Notes: generated from the sequence alone by a model not told the origin. A stretch of 64,000 nucleotides of DNA from Eledone cirrhosa (GCA_964016885.1 OZ024749.1:40610001-40674000); one strand, 5' to 3'; positions 18,329 through 35,149 are shown, numbered from the stretch's first letter. Made by a program: numbers and translations.

Positions 18329-18925
18329 TGGCGGGAAGCCGCTGGAATTGGTTGAGGACTTCCTGTATTTGGGAGCAAAGATTGGGAATACGGAAGATGA
18401 TGTGGTTGAGAGGAAGAGCAAGGCCTGGGCGGCGTGTCACAGCTTGAGATCGGTGTGGAAGTCGGACCTTCGTGGAGACCTGAAAATCCGCCTCTTCATT
18501 GCTGTAGTGGAGTCTGTGCTGCTGTATGGGTCTGAGACTTGGACACTGACCAAGAGACTCCCTCAAATGTTGGATGGGTGCTACACGAGAATGCTGAGGA
18601 TGGCTCTGAACATTAATCAGTATACACTGAGGATGAAAAACTCAGAGCTGTATGGGAGTATCCCAAAAGTCAGCTCAAAAGTGACACAGAGGAGACTGAG
18701 GTTGGCTGGACATGCTCACCAACATCCAGAGTTGACATTGCACTCAGTGCTCCTTTGGGAGCCCCTACATGGACACACTAGAAGAGGAAGACCAAGGTTA
18801 ACATATGTTGATGCCCTAAGGACAGACACCGGTCCTGTTGGAGATGCAGGATATGGCAGCAATAATGAGGGACAGAGACCGCTGGAGAGAACTCGTCCAT
18901 GGATCTCGGGAATTTTACCCGCCTT
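18329..18925 (+). mobile_element. RTE-clade LINE 3' fragment inserted in (TA)n
   Basis: VEDFLYLG...KIRLFIAVVESVLLYGSETWTLTK...RRLRLAGH...RRGRPRLTY are RTE post-RT motifs. Confidence 0.92.
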
Positions 18926-18986
18926 AGATATATATATTATATTATATATATATATTTATATATATATATTATTTATATATATATAT

Positions 18987-19017
<31 letters not shown>

Positions 19018-19105
19018 ATTATATATATTATATATATATATTATATTATATATATTATATATTATATTATATATATATATATTTATATATATATATTATA
19101 TATTA

Positions 19106-19153
<48 letters not shown>

Positions 19154-22100
19154 ATATATATATATATATATTATATATATATATTATATATATTATATAT
19201 ATATATATATATATTATATTATATATTATATATATATATATTATATTATATATAATATATATTATATATATATATATATATTATATATATTTTATTTATA
19301 TTATATATTATATATATATATTAAATACATATTATATTTTATATATTATATATATATTATATATATATTATATATTATATATATTATATACATATATTAT
19401 ATATGTGGATTGGCAGTATCGGTAGAGGGTCTGACGCTATGCTTTGCAGCAAAGAGTTACGCCCCTTTATGGTTTGAGTTCAAATCCCGCCGAGGTTAAC
19501 TTTGCCTTTCATCCTTACGGGGTCGATAAAATAAAGTACCAGTAATGCATTGGATAATTGCTGGCCTTGTGCCAAAAGTAGAAACAATTATATATATATT
19601 TATATTATATATATATTATTATATACATATATTATATTATATACATATATTATATTATATATATATATTATATATATATTATATATATATATATATTATA
19701 TATATTATATTATATATATATATTTATATATATTATATATATATTATATTATATATATATATTTATATATATTATATATATATTATATATTATATATATA
19801 TTATATATATATTATATATATATTTATATATTTATATATATATATATCATATATATTATATTATATATATATATTTATATATATTATATATATATTATAT
19901 ATATATTATATATTTATATATATTATATATATATTTTTATATTTATATATATTATATATATATTTATATATTTATATTTGTATATATATATATTATATAT
20001 ATATTATATATATATTTATATATTTATATTTATATATATATATTATATATATATTGATATATTAAGTATAATTTATATATATATATTTTATATATATATA
20101 TTATAATATAATATATATATATATTATATATATTTTATATATATTATATATATTTTGTATATTTTATATATATTATATATATTTTATATATATTATATAT
20201 TTTATATATATATATATATTTTATATATATATTTTATATATATATTATATATATTTTATATATATATTATATATATTTTATATATATATATTATATATAT
20301 TATATATATATATTTTATATATATATTTTGTATATATATTATATATATTTTATATATATATTATATATATTTTATATATATTATATATATATTTTATATA
20401 TATATATTATATATATTTTATATAATATATATATTTATATATATATATAATATATATTTTAAATAATATATATATATATATATAATATATATAATATATA
20501 TATAATATAATATATATATATAATATTATATATACAATATAATATATATATAATATATATATATAATATAATATATATAATATAATATAATATATAATAT
20601 AATATAATATATATTATATATATAATATATATATATTATATATATAATATATATATATTATATATATATTATATATATATTATATATATATATTTTATAT
20701 ATATATTATATATATATATATATTATATATATTATATATATATATTATATATATATATATTATATATATAATATATATATATTATATATATAATAATATA
20801 TATTATATATATAATACATATATATTATATATATATATATATTATATATATATTATATATATAATATATATATATCGTATATAATATATAAATATATTAT
20901 ATATATTTTATATATATATTATATATATTATATATATATTATATTATATATATTATATTATATATAATATATAAATATATTATATATATTTTATATATAT
21001 ATTATATATATAATATATAAATATATTATATATATTTTATATATATATTATATATATTATATATATATTATATTATATATATTATATTATATTATATATA
21101 TATATTATATATATATATTATATTATATTATATTATATATATTATTTATATATATTATATATATTATATTATATATTATATATATATATATAATATAATA
21201 TATTATATATATTATATTATATATATTATATTATATATATATAATATATATTATATATATATATTATATATATTATATATATATATTATATATATTATAT
21301 TATATATATTATATTATATATATTATATTATATATATTATATTATATATATTATATTTTATATATATTATATATATATATTATATATATTATATATATTA
21401 TATTATATATATTATATTTTATATATATTATATATATATATTATATATATTATATATATATATTATATATATTATATATATATATTATATATATATATTA
21501 TATATATATATTATATATATAATATTATATATATATATTATATATATATATTATATATATATATATAGTATATTATATATATATATTATATATATATATT
21601 ATATATATATATTATATATATATATTATATATATATATATATTATATATATATATAGTATATTATATATATAGTATATTATATATATATATTATATATAT
21701 ATATTATATATATATATATTATATATATATATTATATATAGTATACTATATATATATATAGTATATTATATATATATATATTATATATATATATATATTA
21801 TATTATATATATTATATTATATATAGTATATATTATATTATATTATATATAGTATATTATATATATATATTATATTATGTAATATATATTATATATTATA
21901 TTATATATATTATATTATGTAATATATATTATATATTATATTATATATATTATATATATATATTATATATATTTTATATATTATATATATATTATATATT
22001 TTATATATTATATATATTATATATTATGTAATATATATTATATTATGTAATATATATTATATATTATATTATATATATTATATTATGTAATATATATTAT

Positions 22101-22210
22101 ATATTATATTATATATATTATATATATATTATATATATATTATATATATTTTATATATTATATATACTATATATATTATATATTATATATATAATTATAT
22201 ATAATTACTA
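18926..22210. repeat. (TA)n/(TTATA)n array, with one SINE at ~19405-19590 (+)
   Basis: Low-complexity A/T sequence. The embedded SINE starts GTGGATTGGCAGTATCGG. Confidence 0.95.
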
Positions 22211-22230
22211 ATATGGTTAAGTGGTGAGTT

Positions 22231-22274
22231 TTGTTACTCTGGAGTTTCACCTATGCACTTACATTATCAGACAA
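22231..22274 (-). ncRNA. Decayed minimal hammerhead motif flanked by 17-bp inverted repeats
   Basis: UUGU-CUGAUAA-uguaagugcauaggu-GAAA-CUC ca GAG-UA^-ACAA. Inverted repeats at 22212-22228 and 22291-22307. Confidence 0.55.
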
Positions 22275-22805
22275 GACACAGGTATGAAGGCTCACCACTT
22301 AACCATAATAAAGACTATTGAAAATCTACTTTCGTATTGAGTACTCGTGCTTACATGTCAATATCGCGCACGCGCTCGTTTATATATATATATATCTATA
22401 TATATATACATATACATACATCTATTATACAATTTATTGTGTATTTTATAATATATACCATGCTTGGTGTATGTATATGATCGTGTGCGTCTATTGTTAT
22501 GTATATATATGTATGCGTGTGTTTGTCTTTATGTATATATACGTGTGACCTGTTTTCGCTTCCCAGGCAGAACTACATCCATCTCCTACGAACTCCATTA
22601 CCTCGTTTAAAAGATAAAAATATTGCAAAGTAGTAGTTGGGGTGTTGTTAGGGCAGATGAATGTTACAAATCCCTAATTATCCACATCTCTCTTCTCCTT
22701 TTACAAATCCCTAATTATCCACATCTCTCTTCTTTTACAAATAACAAATAAACCTCAAACCAGCTTCACTTGTTTAAATACATATTCTAAATTATGTATA
22801 TATTT

Positions 22806-22886
<81 letters not shown>

Positions 22887-23039
22887 CGCGCAATTGGTAC
22901 CGTACTTGTCCGGCAAACAAGAGGTTTGGGTTCGACTCCCATGTATGCTGATGGCCATCTTTTACCGTTCAATCGGATTATAATATATGTAGACTATGAA
23001 TTAGGGAGCTGCGCTTTTTGTCCGCAAATCCAAGTTCAG

Positions 23040-23165
23040 TCTGTATGTATGTATATGTATATATGTATGTATATGTATATATGTATGTATATGTATATAT
23101 GTATGTATATGTATATATGTATGTATATGTATATATGTATGTATATGTATATATGTATATATATG

Positions 23166-23196
<31 letters not shown>

Positions 23197-23313
23197 GTAT
23201 GTATGTATATATATGTATGTATGTATGTGTATATATATATATATATAGTATGTATATGTATGTATATGTATGTATGTATATGTATGTATATGTATGTATA
23301 TATATGTATGTAG

Positions 23314-23345
<32 letters not shown>

Positions 23346-23350
23346 GTATG

Positions 23351-23382
<32 letters not shown>

Positions 23383-23390
23383 GTATGTAG

Positions 23391-23422
<32 letters not shown>

Positions 23423-23460
23423 GTATGTATATATATATATGTATGTATATATATATATGT

Positions 23461-23492
<32 letters not shown>

Positions 23493-25529
23493 GTATACAT
23501 ATGTACGTGTGTGTATATATGTAGTATGTATATATATATGTATGTAGTATGTATATATATATGTATGTATATATATATGTATGTAGTATGTATATATATA
23601 TGTTGTATATATATATGTAGTATATATATATATGTAGTATATATATATATGTAGTATATATATATATATGTAGTATGTATATATATGTATGTAGTATGTA
23701 TATATATGTATGTAGTATGTATATATATATATATGTAGTATGTATATATATATATATGTAGTATGTATATATATATATATGTAGTATGTATATATATATA
23801 TGTAGTATGTATATATATATATGTAGTATGTATATATATATATATGTAGTATGTATATATATATATATGTAGTATGTATATATATATATATGTAGTATGT
23901 ATATATATATATGTAGTATGTATATATATATATATGTAGTATGTATATATATATATATGTAGTATGTATATATATATATATGTAGTATGTATATATATAT
24001 ATATATGTAGTATGTATATATATATATGTAGTATGTATATATATATATGTAGTATGTATATATATATATGTAGTATGTATATATATATATATATATATGT
24101 AGTATATATATATATATATATATGTAGTATATATATATATATATATATGTAGTATGTATATATATATATATATGTAGTATGTATGTATATATATATGTAG
24201 TATGTATATATATATATATGTAGTATGTATATATATATATGTAGTATGTATATATGTATATATATGTAGTATGTATATATGTATATATATGTAATATGTA
24301 TATATATGTAGTATGTATATATATGTAGTATGTATATATATGTAGTATGTATATATATATATATAGTATGTATGTATATATATATATGTAGTATGTATAT
24401 ATATGTATGTATATATATGTAGTATGTGTGTGTATATATGTATATATGTAGCATGTGTATGCATACGTACATATGTATGTGTGTGTATATATATATATAT
24501 GTGTGTGTATATATATATATATATGTATGTGTATATATATATGTATGTGTGTATATATATATGTATGTGTGTATATATATATATGTATGTGTGTATATAT
24601 ATATATGTATGTGTGTATATATATATATGTATGTGTCTATATATATATATGTATGTGTCTATATATATATATGTGTTGGTGCTACTGGTAACATGTATCC
24701 CAGTACAACCTGTCCCATGGTCGGGTCGTTGGCGACTAAACTGGCAACCCCACCAAGGTTTCTTGGTGAGGAGGGTGACTTTGGACATCCTGCAGGACTA
24801 AAAACAAAACCTGTCAAAGGGCAAAGGAGCTCTTAAGAGTCAATGGCCATCCAAAATCACCGGGAGAGATGACCCCTTAGCCTTTGTCAAGGCAGAATTC
24901 TAGGAGAAGGAAAACTCTGATATAACACCTGCAACCCTGATGGTATCCAATGATGTTGACTTGTTCTTCTTTTTGGTAAATATCATCTTGGTTAAGAGAG
25001 TGGGACTGGCTTTGTGCAGTGCCTTTGCTCACTATAAAAGCTTCACGGCACAGGCATTGCTTTATATCTGGAGATCTCTCTGCACTTGTCGTCACATGGT
25101 ACCATGGGCCCAGCACTATGTGTCAGTAATTGTCACAAGTGTAGTGTTTGTACCAGAGTTTTCAAGTCGCTGGCTGGACTAAAAAGTCACACTCGTTCAG
25201 CGCATCGGTAGGGGTTCTCCTACATGGATATAAAGTAGTGGCCGTACTCGAAAACGAGTTGGCAGCCACCATGTGTATATATATATGTATGTATGTGTAT
25301 ATGTATGTATGTGTATATAAATGTATGTGTATATATGTATGTGTATATATGTATATGTGTATATGTATGTGTATATAAATGTATGTGTATATATGTATAT
25401 GTATACATGTATGTGTATATGTATATATATATATGAATGTGTATATATGTATGTGTATACGTGTATGTGTATATGTATATATATATGAATGTGTATATAT
25501 ATGTGTATATGTATATATATATGAATGTG

Positions 25530-25560
<31 letters not shown>

Positions 25561-25758
25561 GTATGTGTATATATGTGTATATATATATGTATATATATAT
25601 GTATGTGTATATATATATGTATGTGTATATATGTGTATATGTATATATGTATATATATATGTATATATATATATGTATATATATATATGTATATATATAT
25701 ATGTATATATATATGTATATGTATATATGTATATATATATATGTATATGTATATATAT

Positions 25759-25817
<59 letters not shown>

Positions 25818-26183
25818 TATATGTATATGTATATGTATATATATATATGTATATGTGTATATGTATATGTATATATGTATATGTATATATATATATGTAT
25901 ATATGTATATGTATATATGTATATATATATATATGTATAAATGTATATGTATATATGTATATATATATATATGTATAAATATATATGTATATGTGTATAT
26001 GTAAATGTGTATATATATATGTATGTGTATATATATATGTGTATCTGTATATATGTGTATATGCATGTGTATCTGTATATATATATGTATGTGTATGTAT
26101 GTATATATATATATATCTGTATATATATCTGTATGTGTATATATATATGTATGTGTATCTGTATATATATATATGTGTATGTG

Positions 26184-26217
<34 letters not shown>

Positions 26218-26310
26218 TATATGTATATATATATGTGTATGTGTATATGTATATATATATATATATATATATGTGTATATGTATATATATATATGTATGT
26301 ATGTATGTAT

Positions 26311-26342
<32 letters not shown>

Positions 26343-26463
26343 ATATATATATATATGTATATATGTATATATATATATGTGTATATATATATATATGTAT
26401 ATATGTATATATATATATATGTGTGTATATATATATGTATATGTATATATATATGTATATATA

Positions 26464-26518
<55 letters not shown>

Positions 26519-26537
26519 GTATATTTATGTGTATATA

Positions 26538-26575
<38 letters not shown>

Positions 26576-27146
26576 CTGGGGTCGATTTAATCGACTATCC
26601 CCCCCTACTAAAATTGCTTATCTTGTGGCTATATAATAAACCATTATTATTATTACTGTAAATAAAAATTAACTTGCTTAAATAAACCAGGGTTTACTTT
26701 AGAGTAATAATTATTAATGAACATTTCTCGACCGACATAATAAAATAGAAATAAAAAGTGGACATGGAATGGAATGAACATCACATAAACACATCAATTT
26801 TATCTATTCTAAATTAAAAACTCTACTCGTGCCTATCTAATTTAAAATCATTAATCCGATCACTACCACCACCTGTTCATTATTCTCGCCATAGCCATTC
26901 TCTCTCTCTCTCTCTCACATATATCACCTGCTAAAAATACCAGCCAGTATCTTTCAGGAATAAATGCGTATACTCGTACAATGTTCTTATTCTCTAGCTC
27001 TTTCTACTGTGCTTGTGTGCGAGAGAGGGGGAAGAGAGTCTTTAGATGTATATTGTATAACCTTTTTTTCTTATTCAATCTTCCGTAAATTCGTATATGC
27101 ACAGTTTTTTGTTCAGATAACGAATTGACAAAATACTTCAGCTGTT

Positions 27147-27182
<36 letters not shown>

Positions 27183-27437
27183 CAGCTGAAGTATTTTGTG
27201 TGTGTATATATAATATTATATATATATATATATATGTGTGTGTATACATTATTTGTATGTATATATTATTTGTATGTATAATTTGTATATATATATATTA
27301 TTTGTATATATATATATTATTTACATATATATATATATATATATGGGTATGTATATATTATTTATATATATATATATATATATGGGTATGCATATATTAT
27401 TTATATATATATATATATATATATGGGTATGCATATA

Positions 27438-27479
<42 letters not shown>

Positions 27480-27490
27480 GTATGTATATA

Positions 27491-27522
<32 letters not shown>

Positions 27523-27674
27523 GGGTATGTATATATTATTTATATATGGGTATGTATATATTATTTATATATGGGTATGTATATATTATTTATATATGGG
27601 TATGTATATATTATTTATATATATATATATATATATGGGTATGTATATATTATTTATATATGGGTATGTATATA

Positions 27675-27716
<42 letters not shown>

Positions 27717-27767
27717 GTATGTATATATTATTTGTATGTATATATTATTTATATATATATATTATGA

Positions 27768-27845
<78 letters not shown>
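23040..27845. repeat. Compound TA/TG microsatellite blocks (23040-24670, 25270-26575, 27200-27845)
   Basis: Units such as GTAGTATG(TA)n, TATATG and ATGGGTATGTATATATTATTT(AT)n. Confidence 0.95.
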
Positions 27846-27848
<3 letters not shown>

Positions 27849-28694
27849 TATATGAAAAGGTTCAGGACCCCGACGGCTAATCCCCGGCCGTTTTACCACA
27901 CGCTATCTGATATATATGGGTATATATATATGTGTGTGTGTCTGTGACCGCAGGTTTACAACCCATTTATATATCGTTTCTTTATTTTACCTTTATAACT
28001 CGTGACTAAATTCTGCCTCAATGTTAATATTTCTAAATTTTTGCTAAGTCATGCTTCACTCCGATTACGTCTCTTTATCTTGCGACCGTTTAATAACGAT
28101 AATGCTTTCTGATTTAACTACAAGGCCGGCAATTTTGGTGGAGGGGTAAGTCGACCTAGTGCGTTAAAGGTGCATTATTTTATAAACCGCGTAAGGTTGA
28201 AAGGCAAAGCATTGTGTCCGACGCTCTACCGATATTGTCAATCCCCCGCCCTAATAAATTTTTCTACTTTTTGGCAGAAGGTCAGCAAATACCCAGTGCA
28301 TTACTGGTACTTTATTTTGTCGACCCCGTAAGGAGGAAAGGCAAAGTTAACCTCGGCGGGATTCGAACTCATAATAATGATTGTTTCTACTTTTGACACA
28401 AAGCCAGCAATTACTCCAGTGCATCACTGGTGCTTCATTTTATCGACCCCGTAATATGATAATAATAATAATGGTTTCTAATTTAGGCACATGGACAATA
28501 ATTTTGGGGAGGGGAAGTCGATTAAATCAATCCCAGTGCATTACTGGTACTTTATTTTATCGACCCAGTAATGACGAAAGGCAATAACTGGCAATTCAGA
28601 CACAAATCCAGTGGTTAGATGATTGTGTTGTAACTAGGAGGTTCATAATATTTACAGAGCTTAAAATTAATTTTTTTGTCACCATAAATTATAT

Positions 28695-28880
28695 ACAAGG
28701 TTCCCAAAGAGACCCAGGGGTAGACCACGAACAAGATGGTTGGATAACATTCTTAAGCTTGGTTGGTTTGGCTTGAGTATTCAATTGGAGACAATTGCTT
28801 CTAATAGGGCACTTTGGAAAGAGTATCTGAGGACTCTTCCCCCTATGACCCCCAGGAATAAGTGGGCGAATAAGAAAAGG
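28695..28880 (+). mobile_element. RTE-type LINE extreme 3' end (second family)
   Basis: RPRGRPRTRWLDNILKLGW...ETIASNRALWKEYLRTLPP. Homologous to 36083-36402 and 61385-61670. Confidence 0.7.
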
Positions 28881-29816
28881 GTTCCGACGAAATTATCAGA
28901 CAGGAGTTCCTCTTCTGTTAATTATTTTTATGACAGGATTGGCACGCGCAGCCATTTTGGATGTGGTATCACGACTGGAATTTATAGACGATTTAGTGTT
29001 ACTTAACACGACAGAAGTGATCTCTGACTTGTTCATAGGTTTGGGAGGCGAATATTACACTGGTTTCGTTTTAGAGGTGAAATTTTTTCTACTATTTTTT
29101 GTGGTTTGAACGTCATAAGTTATTCAGTTTACAGTTAACTGGGGTGGGGCAATATCCTCACCTCCCTGTCAACTAAAAAACGAATAATTTACAACGGTCT
29201 TGAAAGTCAGATTTGTTCAAATCATAAAAAAAAACCATCGAATAAACATAAATTTCACCTTTTTTACTGGAGCCGTGTTATTGTAAAATGTATCACTTTA
29301 TTTCATCGACCTCAGAAGGATGAGAAACTGAGTTGATCTCAGTGGAATTTGAACTCATTTTTTAAGTCAGTGCCCCAGCAAGGTTGCTGTTTAAAGACTG
29401 AGACCATGAAGATAATGTGGACATTGAAAATGAGAAATATTTGTTTCTACTTTTGGCACAAGGCCAGTAATTATACCAGTGTATTACTGGTACTTTTATC
29501 GACCCCGTAAGGATGAAAGGCAAAGTTAACCTCGGCGGGATTTGCGAAATATTGTTGTTACACTTGTCTAAAAACCTATCATAAGTTCTGGTAAGAACCT
29601 TTTAGTTATCTTCCAAACAGCAACTTAATAATAATGAAAAAGTTATATTATACCCCTTCAAATTCTTGTTTATTTGAAATAGTACGTAGTGTTTTTCATT
29701 TGAAATATGGTAAGTTAAATGGTTAAGAAACCATCAGGTGTTTAAGAATTATTGAACAAGAAGTGATAAACTAACAGCAAAGGAAGAGACTAAGACTCAG
29801 ATTTAATCCCCTACTG

Positions 29817-31204
29817 CAGTGGTCGCCAACATGGGTTCCGCGGAACCTTGGGGTTCCGTAAAACAAACTCCGGGTTCCTTAAAAAAATAAATATTTACAT
29901 TACCATTAATATTTTGGGTTTTCTGAAGAAAATGCCAAAGGTGCAATGTATAAATGAACAAGTACTATTGTAGTGTACACAGGTTCTCCACTCCAATTCG
30001 TGGAAAACACTACTTTTAGTTTCTCACTTGAATTAGCAGAAAAACACTGTTCTGAGATTCGTGGAAATTGAATATTTTCAATTTCACATCAATTCTTGGA
30101 AAAATTAAGCCAGTTACCATTGTCAGCAAATACCGTAAAAAGAAGGATAATTGATATTTCTTCTGATATAGAAAATCAGATACTAACTGCACTAAAGAAA
30201 AGCCCATGTTTTGGTCTGCAAGTGGACGAAACTACGGATATTAATACCAAGGCTCAATTAATTTGCTATGTACGGTTTGTAGACCTTGATAAAAAAGAAT
30301 TAGTAGAAGAGTATTTATTTTGTCTGGTATTAGACATCACAACTAAAGGTCAAGATATATTCAATAAAATTGAAGAGTATTTTTTTTTAAATGGTGTATC
30401 TTGGAGCAAGTTGACTTCAATAACAACAGATGGAGCAGCTGCAATGACTGGTAAAAATTAAACATCTTTATAAAAAGAATTGAATCGGACAATTACTCAT
30501 TACTTTCAAACCTTGAAATAGAGCTTAGAAAGAGAGAAGATTTTGACTCCAGCAATCTAAAGAAGATTATTCTTTCTCATTTAAATGTGCTTTCCACAAG
30601 TTTTTCAGATTATTTTGCCTTGATGGAAAAAGATATTGTTAGCGGAAATTTATGGATAAAAAACCCGTTCACCGAGATCGAGCAGTTAGTGTCAGAAAAT
30701 GACGCTGGAAATTGTAAAAATTTACTACCTGCACAATGCTTACATCAGTTGATGGATTTGAATTCAAGCGAAGACCTGAAAGTGATATTCGAAAGCAGAA
30801 AGAAAGAACTATGGATCGACTTATTCTTGATTGGGGAATTTAATAAAATCAGCCAACTTGCATTGAAATATTTGACTTTATTCCCATCTAGCTACTTGTG
30901 CGAAAAGGGGTTTTCGCAGTTGGTAGAAATCTGCACAAAGAAGAGGAATAAACTGTCAGCAATTGACGAATGTATGAGACTGGCATTAACTAGTGTTGAA
31001 CCTCGATTTTCTAAACTCACTGATGAGGCGCAGCAGCAGAAAAGCCACTAGTTAATTGTGTTCGATTACATACACACGCATGAAACACTAAAATAAATAA
31101 ATACTTTATTATTTTTTTTTGAAAAGTTTTGTATTGTATAGGTTAGGTGAAGAATTCAAAATATTTAGAGGGTTCCTCGGTTTTAGAAAGGTTGGCGACC
31201 ACTG
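29817..31204 (+). mobile_element. hAT (Buster/Charlie-type) DNA transposon, internally deleted
   Basis: Perfect 14-bp TIRs CAGTGGTCGCCAAC / GTTGGCGACCACTG and perfect 8-bp TSD CCCTACTG (29809-16, 31205-12). Transposase pieces PLSANTVKRRI...FGLQVDETTD...TTDGAAAMTG (30096-30461) and FPSSYLCEKGFS...KKRNKL...QQKSH* (30587-31051). Confidence 0.97.
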
Positions 31205-34200
31205 CCCTACTGAATACATCACTTGCCCTCTTCTGCTCCACCTCTTGCTCTTCTAAATACAGCTAAAAGTCCTTTAACAAAGGGTAGGATGGTCATAGTA
31301 TGTAGAATGGTTCCAATTGGAACACTTGAAAAAATCTCCCCAAAACTGCATGATCACTGCTGGAATGAGATGGTTACAGTTACAGCTGGAATGTAAGATG
31401 ACCACAATAGGGACACTCTTTCCTTCTCTCTCTCACAGGTTTAAAATGCCCAAGATGCCATGTCAAGACAGCACCCTTACAAGACCATCAGGAGTTAAGA
31501 ATCCATGCCATGGCATTATTGTGGTGGTTAGCTTGAATCAATCTTTCTCCATTGTCAAGACTATATCACACAACATATGTGATGTAGTCTTGATTATAAT
31601 AGAAGACTGTTTGTGTTGTTATTTAGCTAGATACCTCGGGGTATGTATGTGTGTGTAACAGGCTGTCGAGTACCAGGTGGAGAGGAGCAGCTGCATGTGT
31701 GTGTTTGTGATGAGTTGGCATTGAACTCATGTCGCAAACATTACCTAGGTGTTAAAAAATGTCATCAAATATCTGAGTGGTTGTCAGGACATCTTTCTAC
31801 AGACATAAGCAACTGTATAACATACGGCAGATTCAAGTTTGATTCCCAGAGGCAACTTTGAACAGTTTTTTTTGTTTTTTTTTCTGTCACTAAGGACTTA
31901 TGTCAACTCGTTTTCAGCATTCAATCTAAACTTGTGTTCTTGTCTGTGTGAATGATACATCTACCCATATTCATACATACCTGTCTACCTACCAATCTAT
32001 CTACTGACCTACCCACCAAACTACCTACTGACATACCCACTAAACTACCTACTGACCTACCCACCAAACTACCTACTGACCTACCCACCAAACTACCTAG
32101 GTACATACCACTTTACCTATCCTCCCATCTGCCTACCTACCTACCCACCCGTCTACCTACATAGTTATACACCCACCCACCTACTCATCTGCTTACTTAC
32201 CTACATAGTTATACACCCACCCACCTATCTACCTACTCATCTGCTTACTTACCTACATAGTTATACATCCACCCACCTACCAACCTACTCACTCACCTAT
32301 CCTACCATGTACCTACCTACTTGCCACCTTCACATGATGGCAAACTAATTACTAATAATTGTACCATTTTCATGCCGTCGCGTCTGACAACGTTTTCCGC
32401 ACTTATACTGGTGGTGGTGGTGGTGGTGGTATTGTGTGATGTGGTGGTGGTGGTGTTGTGTGATGTGGTGGTGGTGGTGGTGGTGTTGTGTGATGTGGTG
32501 GTGGTGATTCTACTAGTCGTGATGATGATAGGGAGGTGTTATGTCTTAGACAACCGGCTTATTAAAAATGTCCTGCTTTGGTGAACATGTAACGGAAACG
32601 TGCGCCTGCGCACATCTATTCTTTGTTGACACACACACACACAACACATGTATTCTATCTCTTTCTCACGCCAACTTTTCCATTCTTTCACGTAAAAAAA
32701 AACAAAAAAACAACCACTGACTGCCACAATATCATGTATGTGTGTATATATGTGGCAACAAACAGTTTAGCTAGAGCTCAACTTCCTGTGGGGGCGGCGG
32801 TTAAGTAAGGGAGAGCACTCACCGACCTTGTAATACATTATCGTATCATTTAATTCTTTTACGTTGGCCCAATTCTTCTGAAGTTGTAACAGGTGCTTCT
32901 GCTTTGTACAATTAATTTCTCGTTAACTCTTCTTTTTCTGACCTTAATATTTGAATGAAAATACACTGCCTATGGTTTTCAAATCATTTTGAAAATCAAG
33001 AATTTGGAGGGATTTAATGATATTACTCATTGACAAGCATAACTTAAACTTTCTTACATAAAATTATGATGGAAAGTTTTTAGATGAATATAAACAGCTT
33101 TGTATCAAAATTATTTCAGGTGGGTTGCTATCAAGAGTTTAGTAAATTTTTGACTTTCATGGACATTGCTTGAACTCCTGAATCACTGGATGGAAGCAGA
33201 GAAATTAGCTCTTTGAAAAAGTAGAGTATGAATGTTGATAGTGAAAAATATTTTTAAAAAAATTAAATTTACAGCTTACACTTATGCAGGTTAAGTTGGC
33301 CTTCTACGAGGTTGCATATCATAGGAAGCTTTTCAGATGTTTTAATGGCAGGGGCCTCAATCATGTCATTATTGTTAGAGCTCATTACATAAGTGTACCT
33401 AGCTTCCCATTAAGCTGCACCTCACAGGAGGTATCTTGGATGTTTTAATGTGGCTACATTTCATACCTATGTAGGATTTCTCTGGCCTGCTACAAGGTTT
33501 CTGGGATGTTTTAATGATAGAAGCCCCTGTCCTATTATGTTGTTGTTACAGCTGACACCTATGCAGATTTAGCTGGCCTTTTCTAAGGTTGCATCTCAGG
33601 ATTTTTTTCTTTTACAACTTGAGCTCTTTATGCTATGGACATCCAGTTTAGAATAGATACATTGTAACTGAGTGTCATAACAAGCAACTAAAAGGGTTAG
33701 TACCAAGAAAGGCATCCAGCTGTAGAACATTACTTCAAAAGGGATCCCATGATAAGTATGAAGTTTGTCATGAGACCAGCAAAGTTTTTACTAGCTTTAA
33801 CAGGGAAAAACGACCTTAAAACACTTGTTTTATATACATGTGCACATTGGTATATACTGTCTCTATCTAGTTTAGAATAGATACACAATATCCCTCTGTT
33901 AAATGAGGTAACTAAAAGGGTTGGCACCCGAAAAGGCATCCAACTGTAAAACATTGCCTTGAAAAGGACCCCCATATCATGAGACCCACTAGGCTGACAT
34001 GTTTTAGCAGGGACAATGGCCTTAAAATGTTTGTTGTTATCATTGTTGAGTTCCCCATGGTAAATAACTGAATGTGATGGCTTTTGACTAGATGGTTTAC
34101 CTAGGACTAGCGCTACCATTAAGGCAAACTAGACAGCCCTGCCATCTAGGGCACAGATCTCAGTGAAGTGCATTATTGAACTTTAAAGGATCACACTTTT

Positions 34201-35149
34201 ATACAAATTTGTATAATTAAATTAAATACGTGATAATTTCCTGTAATCAATAGATAAATAACCAAACATCTTTACCATGAAGTATGGTTGTGGTGGAGAG
34301 GGTTGTATGGTGCTATGACCTGTCATATTATTTGGAGTGGCCAAAGGTGGATTGTGTAGTGGAAAATGTAGGCTTAATAATTTTCTCAGTGTGGTCAGAA
34401 CAAGAAGTGTCATAAACTAGGTTTGTCAGCTTCCCAAACTGTAAGTTGAAAATATTTTATTTGGGAGAATATGGCACACAGGCTAGGCTACTAAATATCC
34501 AGGCACACACTGTAGTATTAGCCTAGGGCATTAACTTGGCACACATTGTAAGGCTAGGCTAACGTACTGAATGAAATCAATGATTTGGCTACTATTTCTA
34601 GCAAGTCAAGCAACTACATAGAGATTCCTTCATTAGCTTGAATGAAATCAATGGTTTAGCTACTATTTCTAGCAAATCGTGCAACCATGTAGAGGCCTCT
34701 GTGTGTCTTTGAATGACTGTCCGCATCTCTATCTATCTGTCTGTCCATCTATCCCAATCCAGTCCTAAAATAAAATAAACAGCCAACAGTGTGGTATACA
34801 GTATCAACAATGTTTATCTAACCTGCTGATAGTTGGTTTAATTGATGGCACCCTTCTTTTATTTATAGTTGTTTTGTTTTCTGACAAGGTGACAAAGTAC
34901 TTGGTTGCTTTCTGATAGGTTTCTTGTCGTGGGAAGCCAGAACCTGTAGAAACATATGATATGCTGCTCCTTATAACCCTACTAAAACCCCTCCCTATTC
35001 AGTTTCATGGTGATAGAACAGGTGGTGTCACTTTACCACTGTCATCACAAAGGGGACTAGCTCTTTCAGCACATCTCTCCCTCACCATCTTCTTAATGTA
35101 ACAGCCCACCTCTAGCTACTTTGTGTAATTGGGTACAGAATGCTAGAAT

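Noticed and set aside
22885-22950. tRNA-like sequence (anticodon arm CTTGT/ACAAG, GGTTCGACTCC)
   Set aside because: The acceptor stem is not formed and the 5' end is lost in a microsatellite. More likely a SINE head or pseudogene than a tRNA gene.
24673-25270. Unique island within microsatellite as a gene or nested exon
   Set aside because: Short interrupted frames with no recognisable domain. Probably a retroelement remnant, but I could not assign a family.
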